From Spirochaetaceae bacterium (lineage in GTDB: Bacteria > Spirochaetota > Spirochaetia > DSM-2461): a stretch of 64,000 nucleotides of DNA. Below, piece after piece: positions 19,444 to 28,959 of this stretch (position 1 is the stretch's first letter; each line of letters opens with the position of its first letter). The position numbers and the translations under genes are program-made. Location of the stretch: the NCBI GenBank assembly GCA_051531975.1, contig JAOPTT010000005.1, forward strand, positions 256,001-320,000, read 5' to 3'. Below the pieces are notes generated by a model, which did no database searches, was not told where the DNA came from, and saw only the letters and a list, made by a program, of their open reading frames with translations.

Positions 19444-20712
19444 TTGGTGATGGATATATATTTTGGTATCGATTTTGGTACAACAAATACTGTTATTTCT
19501 ATAGCAGGTAAAAAAGATAAAATAATTGATAGTTTCTCGGTTCCTACAATACTTTACATTCCGATGGATGAGAAAGGAATTAATAAGGTTTATATAGGTG
19601 ATGATGCAGTTGAAAGATATAGGATTGAGGGTGATGGAAGATATATACACTCAATTAAAAGATCTTTAATTGATTCTAACTTTAAACATACTGTTATCAA
19701 TTCAGTTAAAGTCTCTCTTGAGAATTTAATAGCAATATTCCTAAAAGAACTTAAAGAGCAAATATACCAAAAATGGGGTATATATCCAGTAAAAATAGCT
19801 TTAGGAAGACCAGTAAAATTTTCTGTAGATGAAGAGCATAATATTCTTGCTAATAACAGACTGCTTGATGGTTTTAAGTTGGCAGGTTTTGATAAAATAT
19901 TACAACTTGAAGAACCCATAGCTGCAACTTATGGAATAGATTCTAATACTAAGATAGAACAAGAAAATGTTTTAGTAATTGATATAGGTGGTGGGACTAC
20001 TGACTTAACATCAATGTATATAAACAACTCAAAAGATGGTATATCAAAATTTGAAGTAATGGATTTAGATGGTATTGATATTGGTGGTGATAATTTTGAT
20101 GAAGATATAATGTTTAAGGTTATAGCTCCATCTCTAGGTTTAAATGAAACCTATAAAAACTATAATAAATCCTATGAATTACCTATACATATTTTTACGG
20201 ATATATGCAAATGGAATATTATTCATAGATTTAATAGAGTAAAATTTCACGAAGAAATTAAAGATTATTTATATGGTTCTAGTAATCCTAAAGCTATAAA
20301 GATGTTAAAAAAAGTTTATACAGAACGACTTTCATCATTAATTTTAAGTATTATAAAAGACGCTAAACATATGTTTACCAGTAATAAGGTAGCTAACATT
20401 GATCTTAGTAACAGTAACTTAGATATATCAACAACACTGTTAAGGGATAGTTTAACAAATATATTGGATAAAAGTTTAGTTAAGATATCAGATATCTTAA
20501 GTGACTTTATGTCAAGAAAAGACGATAAATTTGACAAAATTATAGTAACAGGTGGAAGTTCTAAATTACCTATAGTAAAAAAAATAATAATTGATCTATG
20601 CCATCCTATTTTAATGGAATTTGATGATAATTATTATAGTAGTATATCTAATGGATTGGCTCTTTATTGTAAGTATAGTTATGAGGATAACAGTAGTTTA
20701 AGCAATAAATAA
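19444..20712 (+). CDS. Hsp70-family (YegD-like) ATPase lacking the substrate-binding domain
   Basis: GIDFGTTN, GRPVKF, EEPIAA, DIGGGTTD, IGGDNFD, TGGSS. Confidence 0.85.
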   Translation: MVMDIYFGIDFGTTNTVISIAGKKDKIIDSFSVPTILYIPMDEKGINKVYIGDDAVERYRIEGDGRYIHSIKRSLIDSNFKHTVINSVKVSLENLIAIFLKELKEQIYQKWGIYPVKIALGRPVKFSVDEEHNILANNRLLDGFKLAGFDKILQLEEPIAATYGIDSNTKIEQENVLVIDIGGGTTDLTSMYINNSKDGISKFEVMDLDGIDIGGDNFDEDIMFKVIAPSLGLNETYKNYNKSYELPIHIFTDICKWNIIHRFNRVKFHEEIKDYLYGSSNPKAIKMLKKVYTERLSSLILSIIKDAKHMFTSNKVANIDLSNSNLDISTTLLRDSLTNILDKSLVKISDILSDFMSRKDDKFDKIIVTGGSSKLPIVKKIIIDLCHPILMEFDDNYYSSISNGLALYCKYSYEDNSSLSNK

Positions 20713-20910
20713 CTTATAATACTGATATACCATAAAAACTCCAACAAACAGGAATATGGATGCACTTCTTTTCATGTTTTGTATTTTTTTATCTTGTTCT
20801 ACTTGCTCATCTTCTGTGGAGTTTTTAATTATGCCTTTTACTTTTAAATATAGATATGTACTGTATACAAGTGGTATTAGTGCAACCACAATTGCTAAAA
20901 TTTGTTTCAT
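20698..20910 (-). CDS. Small two-TM hypothetical protein
   Basis: 70 aa, two hydrophobic segments flanking a charged linker; AAGGA SD upstream. Confidence 0.65.
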   Translation of the reverse strand: MKQILAIVVALIPLVYSTYLYLKVKGIIKNSTEDEQVEQDKKIQNMKRSASIFLFVGVFMVYQYYKLFIA

Positions 20911-21037
20911 TTAAGATCCTTAGTTGGTATTTTGATTTAATATACTATATTTTTTTTATTTTGACTAATATATGTATATTAGAAATTTGTAAAAGCAAGA
21001 ATAGAAACATATAATTAATATTAAAAGAGGTTATAAT

Positions 21038-22807
21038 ATGAATATTAGGAAATTATTTTTATTCAGTACTGTTGTTCTTTTTATGTTTAATTTTTTTTCG
21101 TGTACTAAAAAACCTCTAAATGTAGTTGAAGAAGAAAAACCACTATTGGAAATAACAAAAGAGATAACTTTCCCAATTTTTACACCTGAAGAAGAGACTT
21201 ATATCAAAAACTTAAAAATGAAAGACTATCTAAGTGTAGCATCATATATAAGTCCAGGAAGTTTTGAGGTGGATTCAGATGGAAGATTCTCTGGATTTCA
21301 GTATGACTTAACAATGGAGTTTGCAGATTTCCTAGATGTTAAAGTTGAAATACAAACAATTCTATTTTCTGACATATTCTCCATAGACGGGATTATCCCT
21401 GATGATTTAAAAACAGATCCATCTTATACATATGTTCCTGATATTTTTAAAACTACAGATCTTTGTACCGGTTTTTTAACAATTCTTCCTTGGAGATTGC
21501 AGATTATGGAAATGATTTCATATCTACCTGTAAGGCAGATGCTTATCAGTAGAGGAGATAATCCGATAAGACAGTTTTCCGATCTAAAGGGAAAAACCAT
21601 AGGATATGGCAGTGGAACCTCCTATGAAGATACTATGATTAAATTAAACGAAAAGCAAAATAACTCCTTTTCACTAGAGTCCTTTGCCTTCGAGGAAAAC
21701 CTACTTCATGAAGTTAGTGAAGGGAATATTGATGGCACAGTTATTGATCTACAATACCTACTTTTATCATTAAAAAATTATCCAAATCTTGTTGCAGAGC
21801 TACCAGCTGCTGACTCTGAATATGTTTCATGGGGTGTGCAAAAAGGAAATACTCTACTTGCAGGATTAGTTCAGAAGTTTTTAAAATATGCCCATGAGAC
21901 CGGTATTATAGAACGTCTGTTCAGGAAACAATATACAGTTGGACTAGAAGACTACTATTCTCTAATAGAATTTGATGGTGTTGAATTACATGACCTGGAT
22001 CTTACCGCATCTGAAACATTGTGGCTGGATGAGAAAAGGAAAACTGGGAAACTAACAATTGCAACTGTTAATTCAAAAGAAACATATATGGTTAAAGAAG
22101 ATGGAACAGTTATCGGTTTTGATTATAATTTAATCAATAATCTAACACAGATCCTAGGATTACAACTGGATATAAATCTCCAGGAAGATATCACAGGTTT
22201 CTTTGCAAAAGATGGGATATTTGATATCGATGTTACTACAGACCCCAGTATCATATACACTCCCGACTTGCTTAATGAAGTTGATATATATGTAGGACCA
22301 TTCTCTATTGTCCCCTGGCGGGAGAAATTAATGACAATGGTACCTATGATGCCTATGGGACAGGTTCTAGCCGGAAGAGTTGGGGAAGAGATATTTGATA
22401 TTACAGAACTTGATGGAAAAAGGCTCGCCGTACTGGCAGGTTCATATCAGGAAACATTAATTTTAGGATTAATGGATGAAAAAGATTTTACTGTTGAATT
22501 TTCCTATATGGATAGTACAGATGATCCACTGGAATTTGTTAAAGCTGGAAAAGCGGATTATTTATTAGATGGTGCCGTTTATGTGGCAAAAGGTATGAAC
22601 AGTCTTGAAGAGATAGTTGTTTCACCTGTAAAAATTGATCTTGTTACTATCGGTTGGGCAGTTCGTAAAGATAACTGGCGGCTAGTGACGATACTGGAAA
22701 AATACATTAATAAATCCTTAGGCAATGGTAGTTTTGGTCGACTCTGGAAAGAAAACAATGGTGTTGATTTTGAATATTATCTGAATCTTATTAAGGAAAA
22801 CAGATGA
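21038..22807 (+). CDS. Lipoprotein with two tandem PBPb-type substrate-binding domains
   Basis: Lipobox-like FFSC; duplicated segments GFQYDL/GFDYNL, TDPSYTYVPD/TDPSIIYTPD, LPWR/VPWR, DLKGK/ELDGK, WGVQK/WAVRK. Confidence 0.8.
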   Translation: MNIRKLFLFSTVVLFMFNFFSCTKKPLNVVEEEKPLLEITKEITFPIFTPEEETYIKNLKMKDYLSVASYISPGSFEVDSDGRFSGFQYDLTMEFADFLDVKVEIQTILFSDIFSIDGIIPDDLKTDPSYTYVPDIFKTTDLCTGFLTILPWRLQIMEMISYLPVRQMLISRGDNPIRQFSDLKGKTIGYGSGTSYEDTMIKLNEKQNNSFSLESFAFEENLLHEVSEGNIDGTVIDLQYLLLSLKNYPNLVAELPAADSEYVSWGVQKGNTLLAGLVQKFLKYAHETGIIERLFRKQYTVGLEDYYSLIEFDGVELHDLDLTASETLWLDEKRKTGKLTIATVNSKETYMVKEDGTVIGFDYNLINNLTQILGLQLDINLQEDITGFFAKDGIFDIDVTTDPSIIYTPDLLNEVDIYVGPFSIVPWREKLMTMVPMMPMGQVLAGRVGEEIFDITELDGKRLAVLAGSYQETLILGLMDEKDFTVEFSYMDSTDDPLEFVKAGKADYLLDGAVYVAKGMNSLEEIVVSPVKIDLVTIGWAVRKDNWRLVTILEKYINKSLGNGSFGRLWKENNGVDFEYYLNLIKENR

Positions 22808-24315
22808 AATTCAGATTAAAACTACAGATGGCAGTCCTTCCCTTTATCATTTTACCAATTATACTCGCTGGTTATATCTATTCAAGTATTGGCCGTGATA
22901 TGTTACGAGAAAGACAATCTGAAATACTTCAACTGCGGCTGGATTCATTATACCGTTTTGCAGAAGATGAATATACATCTCTTAAAGATCTTGGCTTAGC
23001 TAATAGCAATTTTTTTAATAATAAATCCTGGAAATCAGTTGAGCAGTTTGCGACTCAATTACAGGTTCCAGGAGACCCTTTATTTATTATCAGAGCAGAG
23101 GACAACCAATTTGATCTATCTGGAGAATCTGGTTTCAGAATAGAACAATCAGATCTCTTTGGTGACAATAAAGTACATTTTTATTATTACAGAACATACT
23201 CTGAATGGAATATGATTCTGATCTCTGCAACGGTGGAACAATCTATATATAAATCCATAGAAAACGCTACAAGATTATTTATCCTTTTCTCATTGGTCAA
23301 TCTTCTATTGTCTATTATTATTGTTTTTGTGATTTCCAATAGGATAACAAAACCAATGGAAAAACTCACTGTTTTGGCAAAAGAGATGGCAAATCACAAC
23401 CTATCGGTCAGGGCAGAAATTAGTAGCAACGATGAAATAGGTCTTTTATCTGAAAATTTTAATATCATGGTAGAAAGGCTAGAAGAGTCGACAAAATATC
23501 TTGAAGATAAAGTTGAAATTAGAACAAAAGAACTTCTCAATTCCTTAAATAAATTACAAGTTACACAAAAACAACTGGTTGAAGCTGAAAAGATGGCCTC
23601 TTTGGGATCTCTTGTTGCAGCAATATCACATGAGATAAACACTCCAATTGGAATTGGGATTACAGCTATATCCTATCTGGAAGGCTATTTAAAGAAAGTC
23701 CATAATCAATTTTTACAGGAGAGTTTGAAAAAATCTGATTTAGATATAATGTTTTTGAAATGTATGGAATCTTCAGTTATTGCTCTTAACAGCCTACAAA
23801 GGGCGGGACAACTTGTATCCACATTTAAAAAAGTGGCTGTGGATCAACACATTGAGGAAAAATCCCTTTTAAATATGAAAGAGCAAATGGAAAATGTATT
23901 ATTAACATTAAAGCCCAATCTAAATAAAACTAGGGTATCTGTCACCATAAAAGCTGATTCCCAATTGGAACTTTACAGTTATCCTGGAGCAATATGGCAG
24001 GTAACCTCTAACATTATTCTCAATGCCCTTGTTCACGCCTTTGAACCTGCGGACAAGGGATCTATAATTATTTCATTGAAAGAAATTGACTCAACAATAG
24101 AATTAAGTATTTCAGATAATGGTAAAGGGATTCCTGAATCTGAAATATCAAAAGTTTTTGATCCTTTTTATACGACAAAACGTCATAAAGGTGGGACTGG
24201 GCTTGGTCTGAATATTGTCTATAATATTGTCACACAACTGTTTAAAGGGACCATTAAATGTTCCAGTGTTGTTGGTGATGGGACAATCTTTACCATATCC
24301 TTCCCTATAGATTAA
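22804..24315 (+). CDS. HAMP-domain sensor histidine kinase
   Basis: ITKPMEKL...DEIGLLSENFNIM HAMP; ISHEINTPIG; FDPFYTTK, GTGLGL; ATGA overlap with upstream gene. Confidence 0.93.
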   Translation: MKFRLKLQMAVLPFIILPIILAGYIYSSIGRDMLRERQSEILQLRLDSLYRFAEDEYTSLKDLGLANSNFFNNKSWKSVEQFATQLQVPGDPLFIIRAEDNQFDLSGESGFRIEQSDLFGDNKVHFYYYRTYSEWNMILISATVEQSIYKSIENATRLFILFSLVNLLLSIIIVFVISNRITKPMEKLTVLAKEMANHNLSVRAEISSNDEIGLLSENFNIMVERLEESTKYLEDKVEIRTKELLNSLNKLQVTQKQLVEAEKMASLGSLVAAISHEINTPIGIGITAISYLEGYLKKVHNQFLQESLKKSDLDIMFLKCMESSVIALNSLQRAGQLVSTFKKVAVDQHIEEKSLLNMKEQMENVLLTLKPNLNKTRVSVTIKADSQLELYSYPGAIWQVTSNIILNALVHAFEPADKGSIIISLKEIDSTIELSISDNGKGIPESEISKVFDPFYTTKRHKGGTGLGLNIVYNIVTQLFKGTIKCSSVVGDGTIFTISFPID

Positions 24316-24332
24316 GCAGGTAAATTAATCCT

Positions 24333-25130
24333 TTATATTCTATCTTTATAAGCCTTGAAAAACAGATCTCCAGGGATCTTAGGACTTGTACCAACCGGAG
24401 TCTGCTTTAATATTGAAACTATAGATGAATCAAAGGTTATACTCTCTCTGATTATTTTAGCAGCTTCATCTGGATTTCTCGTTTCGATAGCTAAAATGAA
24501 TCTGTTTATGATTAAACTTTCTAGTTTAATCATCTGCTCTGTATCATCTTCTTCTTCTATATTCTCCGTTGATACATCTCTAAATTTACGAAGACTTACA
24601 AGCACATCACCTAATAAAATTATTAATTTATTATGAGTGCTTATAAAAATAGTACTCATAAATAGAGCAAATGCTAATTTAGTTTTATCAAAGTCATCAT
24701 TAACATGTTTTTCAAATAGATCCAGGTAGTTTTTTCCAGCTTCTTTAATATTTGTAATATCTTTCTCTGTTGCTTCTGTTGCTGAAATAGATATTATCTG
24801 AGGTAAAAATATAGATTCAAATTGTTCAACATCCCAGGCAGTCGCGTTATCCCGTCTTAAACTTGTAAGTAGTGCATCAGTAAAAGCCTCAGTTTGGGAA
24901 CTGGATACATACATTCCTTTACCATGTTTAATAACAATAAGACCCTGGCCTTTTAACATTCTTACTGCATCCCTAATAACAGCTCTACTAACTCCAAACT
25001 GCTTCTCGAGTTCAGGTTCAGTAGGTAGAGGACTTCCTGCATCTAGTTCTCCACTTAATATAGACTCTTTTATTGCTTTAAACACTTTTTCAGGCAGTGT
25101 TTCCCGTATCCCAATTTTTTCAAAACTCAT
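24333..25130 (-). CDS. GntR family (FadR subfamily) transcriptional regulator
   Basis: wHTH LPTEPELEKQFGVSRAVIRDAVRMLKGQGLI...HGKGMYV; helical FCD-like C-terminus. Confidence 0.9.
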   Translation of the reverse strand: MSFEKIGIRETLPEKVFKAIKESILSGELDAGSPLPTEPELEKQFGVSRAVIRDAVRMLKGQGLIVIKHGKGMYVSSSQTEAFTDALLTSLRRDNATAWDVEQFESIFLPQIISISATEATEKDITNIKEAGKNYLDLFEKHVNDDFDKTKLAFALFMSTIFISTHNKLIILLGDVLVSLRKFRDVSTENIEEEDDTEQMIKLESLIINRFILAIETRNPDEAAKIIRESITFDSSIVSILKQTPVGTSPKIPGDLFFKAYKDRI

Positions 25131-26380
25131 TTCGATGTCCTTTTTTTACCCAAGGGTATTATTAAATATAATACTGCAGATATCATAATTATTATAGAAG
25201 CTACTATCCATGCAACTTTTATTGAGTATGTATGAGCTAGGTATCCATTAATAATCGATCCTGTAATGCCTCCTGCCTGCATAAAGAGTGATGAGAAAGA
25301 GAGCATCGTTGATCTTTTATCACTTGGTATTTCTTTATTAAACAGAGCACTTTCCGGGGAATTCTGCACACCATTAAACATAAAGAGTGTAATATAAAAA
25401 ATTGAAAATGGAATTATCCCATTCTGATACGCCAGGATGAAATATAGAATTCCCATTATTAATCTAGATGAAAAAAGAACCAAAACATAGTTATTTTTAA
25501 AAATACGACAGATTGGGTTTACTATTATATTTCCTAAACCCGCTGCAATAAAATAACCACATGTTAATAATCCAAATATCCATGTCCCAGTATCAGCACT
25601 TATAATACTTTTTACCTGTGGCTGCCATAGTTGTTCCAGTCCGGATATAGAGAAGCCCCATACAAATCCTGCTATTAATAGTATTAATATCACTTGGTGT
25701 TTAAGTCCATATTTTATGGATATTTCAATAACCTCAGGAATTTTTTTGAATCCGGCCATTATGGTATTATCTCTACCTTTAATTTTTTCCTCTTTTATTA
25801 AAATTGTAGTTAATAGATACTGAACTATTGCAGCTAATATCAAAGCTATGTAGTTTGATGAATATACACTGTCTAGAAATGTATTTTTTGTTAATACTCC
25901 AAGAGTCATGGGAAGATATCCACCCAGTAGAGATCCAATTCCTAGTGCAATAGGGATAAATACTCCAATTTTTGACATTTGTTTCTGCAGATTTACATCT
26001 GGGTCAATTTTATAAAACTCATCAATAAAGTAGGCATCCATAGTTCCTGAGGATAGGGCACGGGATGCTCCCTGAAATACAAAACATACTAATATCCCAT
26101 AAAATCCATTTGCAAGTATTAAAGCAATTGATCCAATTATCTGAAAAATAAGTGATATCTGATAGACCTTTTTTCGGCCTATAGTATCGGATAAACCTCC
26201 TGTTGGAAGCTCCAAAAGTGCTACAGTTCCACCATATACTGCAAACGCAATACCTACCTGTATTAATGTAAATCCTTTTTCAATTAAAAAAAGTGTCATT
26301 ACTGGAATAATTATACCAACAATGAACCAATGAAACCCCATATTTAAGCATGCTAGATTAGAAACTCGTTTAATAGTCAT
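25127..26380 (-). CDS. MFS transporter
   Basis: ELPTGGLSDTIGRK motif A, about 12 TM segments, PSDKRSTMLS; ATGA overlap with the gntR gene. Confidence 0.9.
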   Translation of the reverse strand: MTIKRVSNLACLNMGFHWFIVGIIIPVMTLFLIEKGFTLIQVGIAFAVYGGTVALLELPTGGLSDTIGRKKVYQISLIFQIIGSIALILANGFYGILVCFVFQGASRALSSGTMDAYFIDEFYKIDPDVNLQKQMSKIGVFIPIALGIGSLLGGYLPMTLGVLTKNTFLDSVYSSNYIALILAAIVQYLLTTILIKEEKIKGRDNTIMAGFKKIPEVIEISIKYGLKHQVILILLIAGFVWGFSISGLEQLWQPQVKSIISADTGTWIFGLLTCGYFIAAGLGNIIVNPICRIFKNNYVLVLFSSRLIMGILYFILAYQNGIIPFSIFYITLFMFNGVQNSPESALFNKEIPSDKRSTMLSFSSLFMQAGGITGSIINGYLAHTYSIKVAWIVASIIIMISAVLYLIIPLGKKRTSK

Positions 26381-26390
26381 AATATCTCCT

Positions 26391-26450
26391 TGTTATGACA
26401 TCATCATGTCATCATATGACTAGAATAACACAGAATAACTTATACGTCAA
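26391..26450 (-). promoter_or_regulatory. Promoter and palindromic operator of the MFS-GntR operon
   Basis: Minus strand TTGACG-17-TATTCT (26450-26422); ATGACAT-CATC-ATGTCAT (26395-26412) and GTCAT-CAT-ATGAC (26408-26420) lie just downstream of the -10. Confidence 0.6.
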
Positions 26451-26538
26451 TTCTAGGTATCCCATTGCTTTCAAATAATTTGAATAAATCCATATATCTT
26501 TTATTTATCATAATTTGTAAATGTTATATAGTAATCAG

Positions 26539-26823
26539 ATGAAAAGGTTTCTTGGAATAATATTAATTATACCAATTCGCATATATAAATTACTTATATC
26601 ACCACTATTACCTCCTAGTTGTATCTATCATCCCTCGTGTTCTAGTTATTGTATCGAAGGTATAAAGACCCATGGCCCATTCAGAGGTTTCTTATATGGT
26701 TTATTAAGAATCTTAAGGTGTAGCCCTTTTTTTAAAGGTGGTTATGATCCTATATCTGAGCCAACTACTATAAAGAAACAATTTGGAAAATTCAGAGAAT
26801 TTCGGAGAAAAGAGAAAATATGA
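26539..26823 (+). CDS. yidD: Membrane protein insertion efficiency factor YidD
   Basis: YKLLISPLLPPSCIYHPSCSSY...RILRCSPFFKGGYDP; start taken at ATG 26539, 6 nt after TATAGT. Confidence 0.92.
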   Translation: MKRFLGIILIIPIRIYKLLISPLLPPSCIYHPSCSSYCIEGIKTHGPFRGFLYGLLRILRCSPFFKGGYDPISEPTTIKKQFGKFREFRRKEKI

Positions 26824-27662
26824 AAAATATAACACGTGAAATTATATATAAATCACTTTACGATTCTGTCCTAAATGCAGGTGTAATATTACCAGATGAT
26901 GTAAACGATAAAATTATAGAATCTGCCAAAAGTGAAACAGGTCTATCTAAAACAGTGTTATCTAGTATTGTGGAGAATTTAGAGTGTGCAAAAAAAAATT
27001 GTCTGCCTATGTGCCAAGATACTGGAATGGTTTTACTATTTGTTGAGATAGGTAGAGAACTTAATTTAAGTGGTATTAACTTAGAAGAAGTTATTAATGC
27101 GGCTGTAGCTGATGCATATAAAGATGGATCATTTAGGAAATCTATTGTATTAGATCCATTAAATGGAAGAGTAAATAGCAAAACTAATCTTCCTGCAATT
27201 ATATATTATGACTTTATATCTGGAGATAAACTAAAGATCCAGGGAGTATTAAAAGGTTTTGGTTCCGAGAACTGTAGTAAAGTTTTTATGCTTAAACCAA
27301 CAGAAGGTAGATCTAAAGTAATAGAAGTCGTTCTTGAAACAATTAAAAGTGCAGGGGGATCACCATGTCCACCAACTGTATTAGGAATTGGAATTGGTGG
27401 AACAATGGATTATGCTGGAAAGCTATCAAAAAAAGCTCTTTTAAGAGAAATTGACGATGTTAACCCAGACCCATATTATAATGAGTTAGAAATAGAACTA
27501 CTTAGAAAAGTTAACGCATTAAATATTGGTCCTGGTGGATTAGGTGGAGGTGTTACATCTCTTGGAGTAAAAATTGAACACTATCCTACACATATCGCAG
27601 GTCTACCTGTAGCAATAAGTGTTAACTGTTGGGCAGATAGAAAAGTAAAGGTTGAATTATAA
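26820..27662 (+). CDS. Fe-S fumarate hydratase / tartrate dehydratase alpha subunit
   Basis: PMCQDTG, KGFGSEN, GSPCPP, GPGGLGG, HIAGLPVA, CWADR. Confidence 0.92.
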   Translation: MKNITREIIYKSLYDSVLNAGVILPDDVNDKIIESAKSETGLSKTVLSSIVENLECAKKNCLPMCQDTGMVLLFVEIGRELNLSGINLEEVINAAVADAYKDGSFRKSIVLDPLNGRVNSKTNLPAIIYYDFISGDKLKIQGVLKGFGSENCSKVFMLKPTEGRSKVIEVVLETIKSAGGSPCPPTVLGIGIGGTMDYAGKLSKKALLREIDDVNPDPYYNELEIELLRKVNALNIGPGGLGGGVTSLGVKIEHYPTHIAGLPVAISVNCWADRKVKVEL

Positions 27663-28183
27663 TGAAAAAGATTAAATTACCCCTAACAGATAATATAATT
27701 GAAGATCTTAAAATGGGGGATGAGGTTCTGCTATCTGGTTCTATTTTAGTTGGTAGAGATCAGGCACATAAAAGACTATGTGATCTATTACTAGAAAAAA
27801 AAGAACTACCTGTAAACCTAAAGGGACAAGTCATATATTACATGGGTCCATCTCCAGCTCCAGAGGGAGATATTATCGGGGCTTGTGGTCCAACCACTTC
27901 TTCAAGAATGGATGCATTTGCACCAACACTAATGGATATTGGGCTAAAAGGTATGATTGGAAAAGGTCCTAGATATGGGGATGTTGTTGAATCTATAGTT
28001 AAGAATAAAAGTATATATTTTTACTCATTTGGTGGATGTGGAGCACTTTATGCTGGAAAAGTGAAAAGTAGTACTGTTGTGGCATTTAATGAATTGGGAC
28101 CAGAAGCAATTAGAGAACTAATCGTTGAGGATTTTCCAGTAATTGTTGCAATAGATTCTAAGGGTAATAATATTTATAATTAA
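27662..28183 (+). CDS. Fe-S fumarate hydratase / tartrate dehydratase beta subunit
   Basis: GRDQAHKR, GPTTSSRM, MIGKG, ELGPEAI, DSKGNN. Confidence 0.92.
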   Translation: MKKIKLPLTDNIIEDLKMGDEVLLSGSILVGRDQAHKRLCDLLLEKKELPVNLKGQVIYYMGPSPAPEGDIIGACGPTTSSRMDAFAPTLMDIGLKGMIGKGPRYGDVVESIVKNKSIYFYSFGGCGALYAGKVKSSTVVAFNELGPEAIRELIVEDFPVIVAIDSKGNNIYN

Positions 28184-28872
28184 GTATGAAAAACCTTATT
28201 TAAATCTACTCTTTTACTAAAAACAAAATGAATATATAGCAAAAACATTGCTATTGGAGTTAATGATGCAAAAGGGATTATGGACCATGTAATATGCATT
28301 TCCCCATATATAAAATTTTGTATTATTAAGTCTACAAAAACATTAAATATTGCAATCGCTATTAGTATATAACCTGCTAAATTAAAACCATGGGCACCAC
28401 TTTTTTTAGTTATTATAATTACAGTAAAGGATAAAACTGAGGCTGAAATACTAATTGGTAATGAGATCATTAGAAAGAAATTTTTAACAGGAATAAATAT
28501 ATCTAGAACAAATAACAGCGCCAAAGATAATAACAGAATTAAACCTATTTTAATAAGACCTTTTGTATATAGAGACACTGTGGTTATTAATGCCATTGTT
28601 ATAACAGTTGTTATGGGGTATATCGACCAATTTATACTTTTGTCTAAAAGAAGATCAATTGTTAAACATATTGATGAAACTAATACAGCAAAGAATATTG
28701 TACTTATATTAAAAATTTCAACCTTTATAGATTTTGGCAGGTCTAATTTTTTTTGCTCAGAATCAACAGAGTGGCTAAATGGGACTTTGTGGATATCTTG
28801 TTTAATTATATATGAACATAGTGGACAATTGTTGCTTTCTACTTCAACACCACATTGGGGACAGTACGGCAT
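28180..28872 (-). CDS. Zinc-ribbon membrane protein (DUF6320-like)
   Basis: YCPQCGVE...CPLC N-terminus followed by about 6 TM segments. Confidence 0.75.
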   Translation of the reverse strand: MPYCPQCGVEVESNNCPLCSYIIKQDIHKVPFSHSVDSEQKKLDLPKSIKVEIFNISTIFFAVLVSSICLTIDLLLDKSINWSIYPITTVITMALITTVSLYTKGLIKIGLILLLSLALLFVLDIFIPVKNFFLMISLPISISASVLSFTVIIITKKSGAHGFNLAGYILIAIAIFNVFVDLIIQNFIYGEMHITWSIIPFASLTPIAMFLLYIHFVFSKRVDLNKVFHT

Positions 28873-28959
28873 ACCTAAATACTAGCACCATTTTTTTTAA
28901 TTATCTATAAATAAAAGAATTTCTTTGTAATATTTCTCATTAAATACAATAATCTATGT

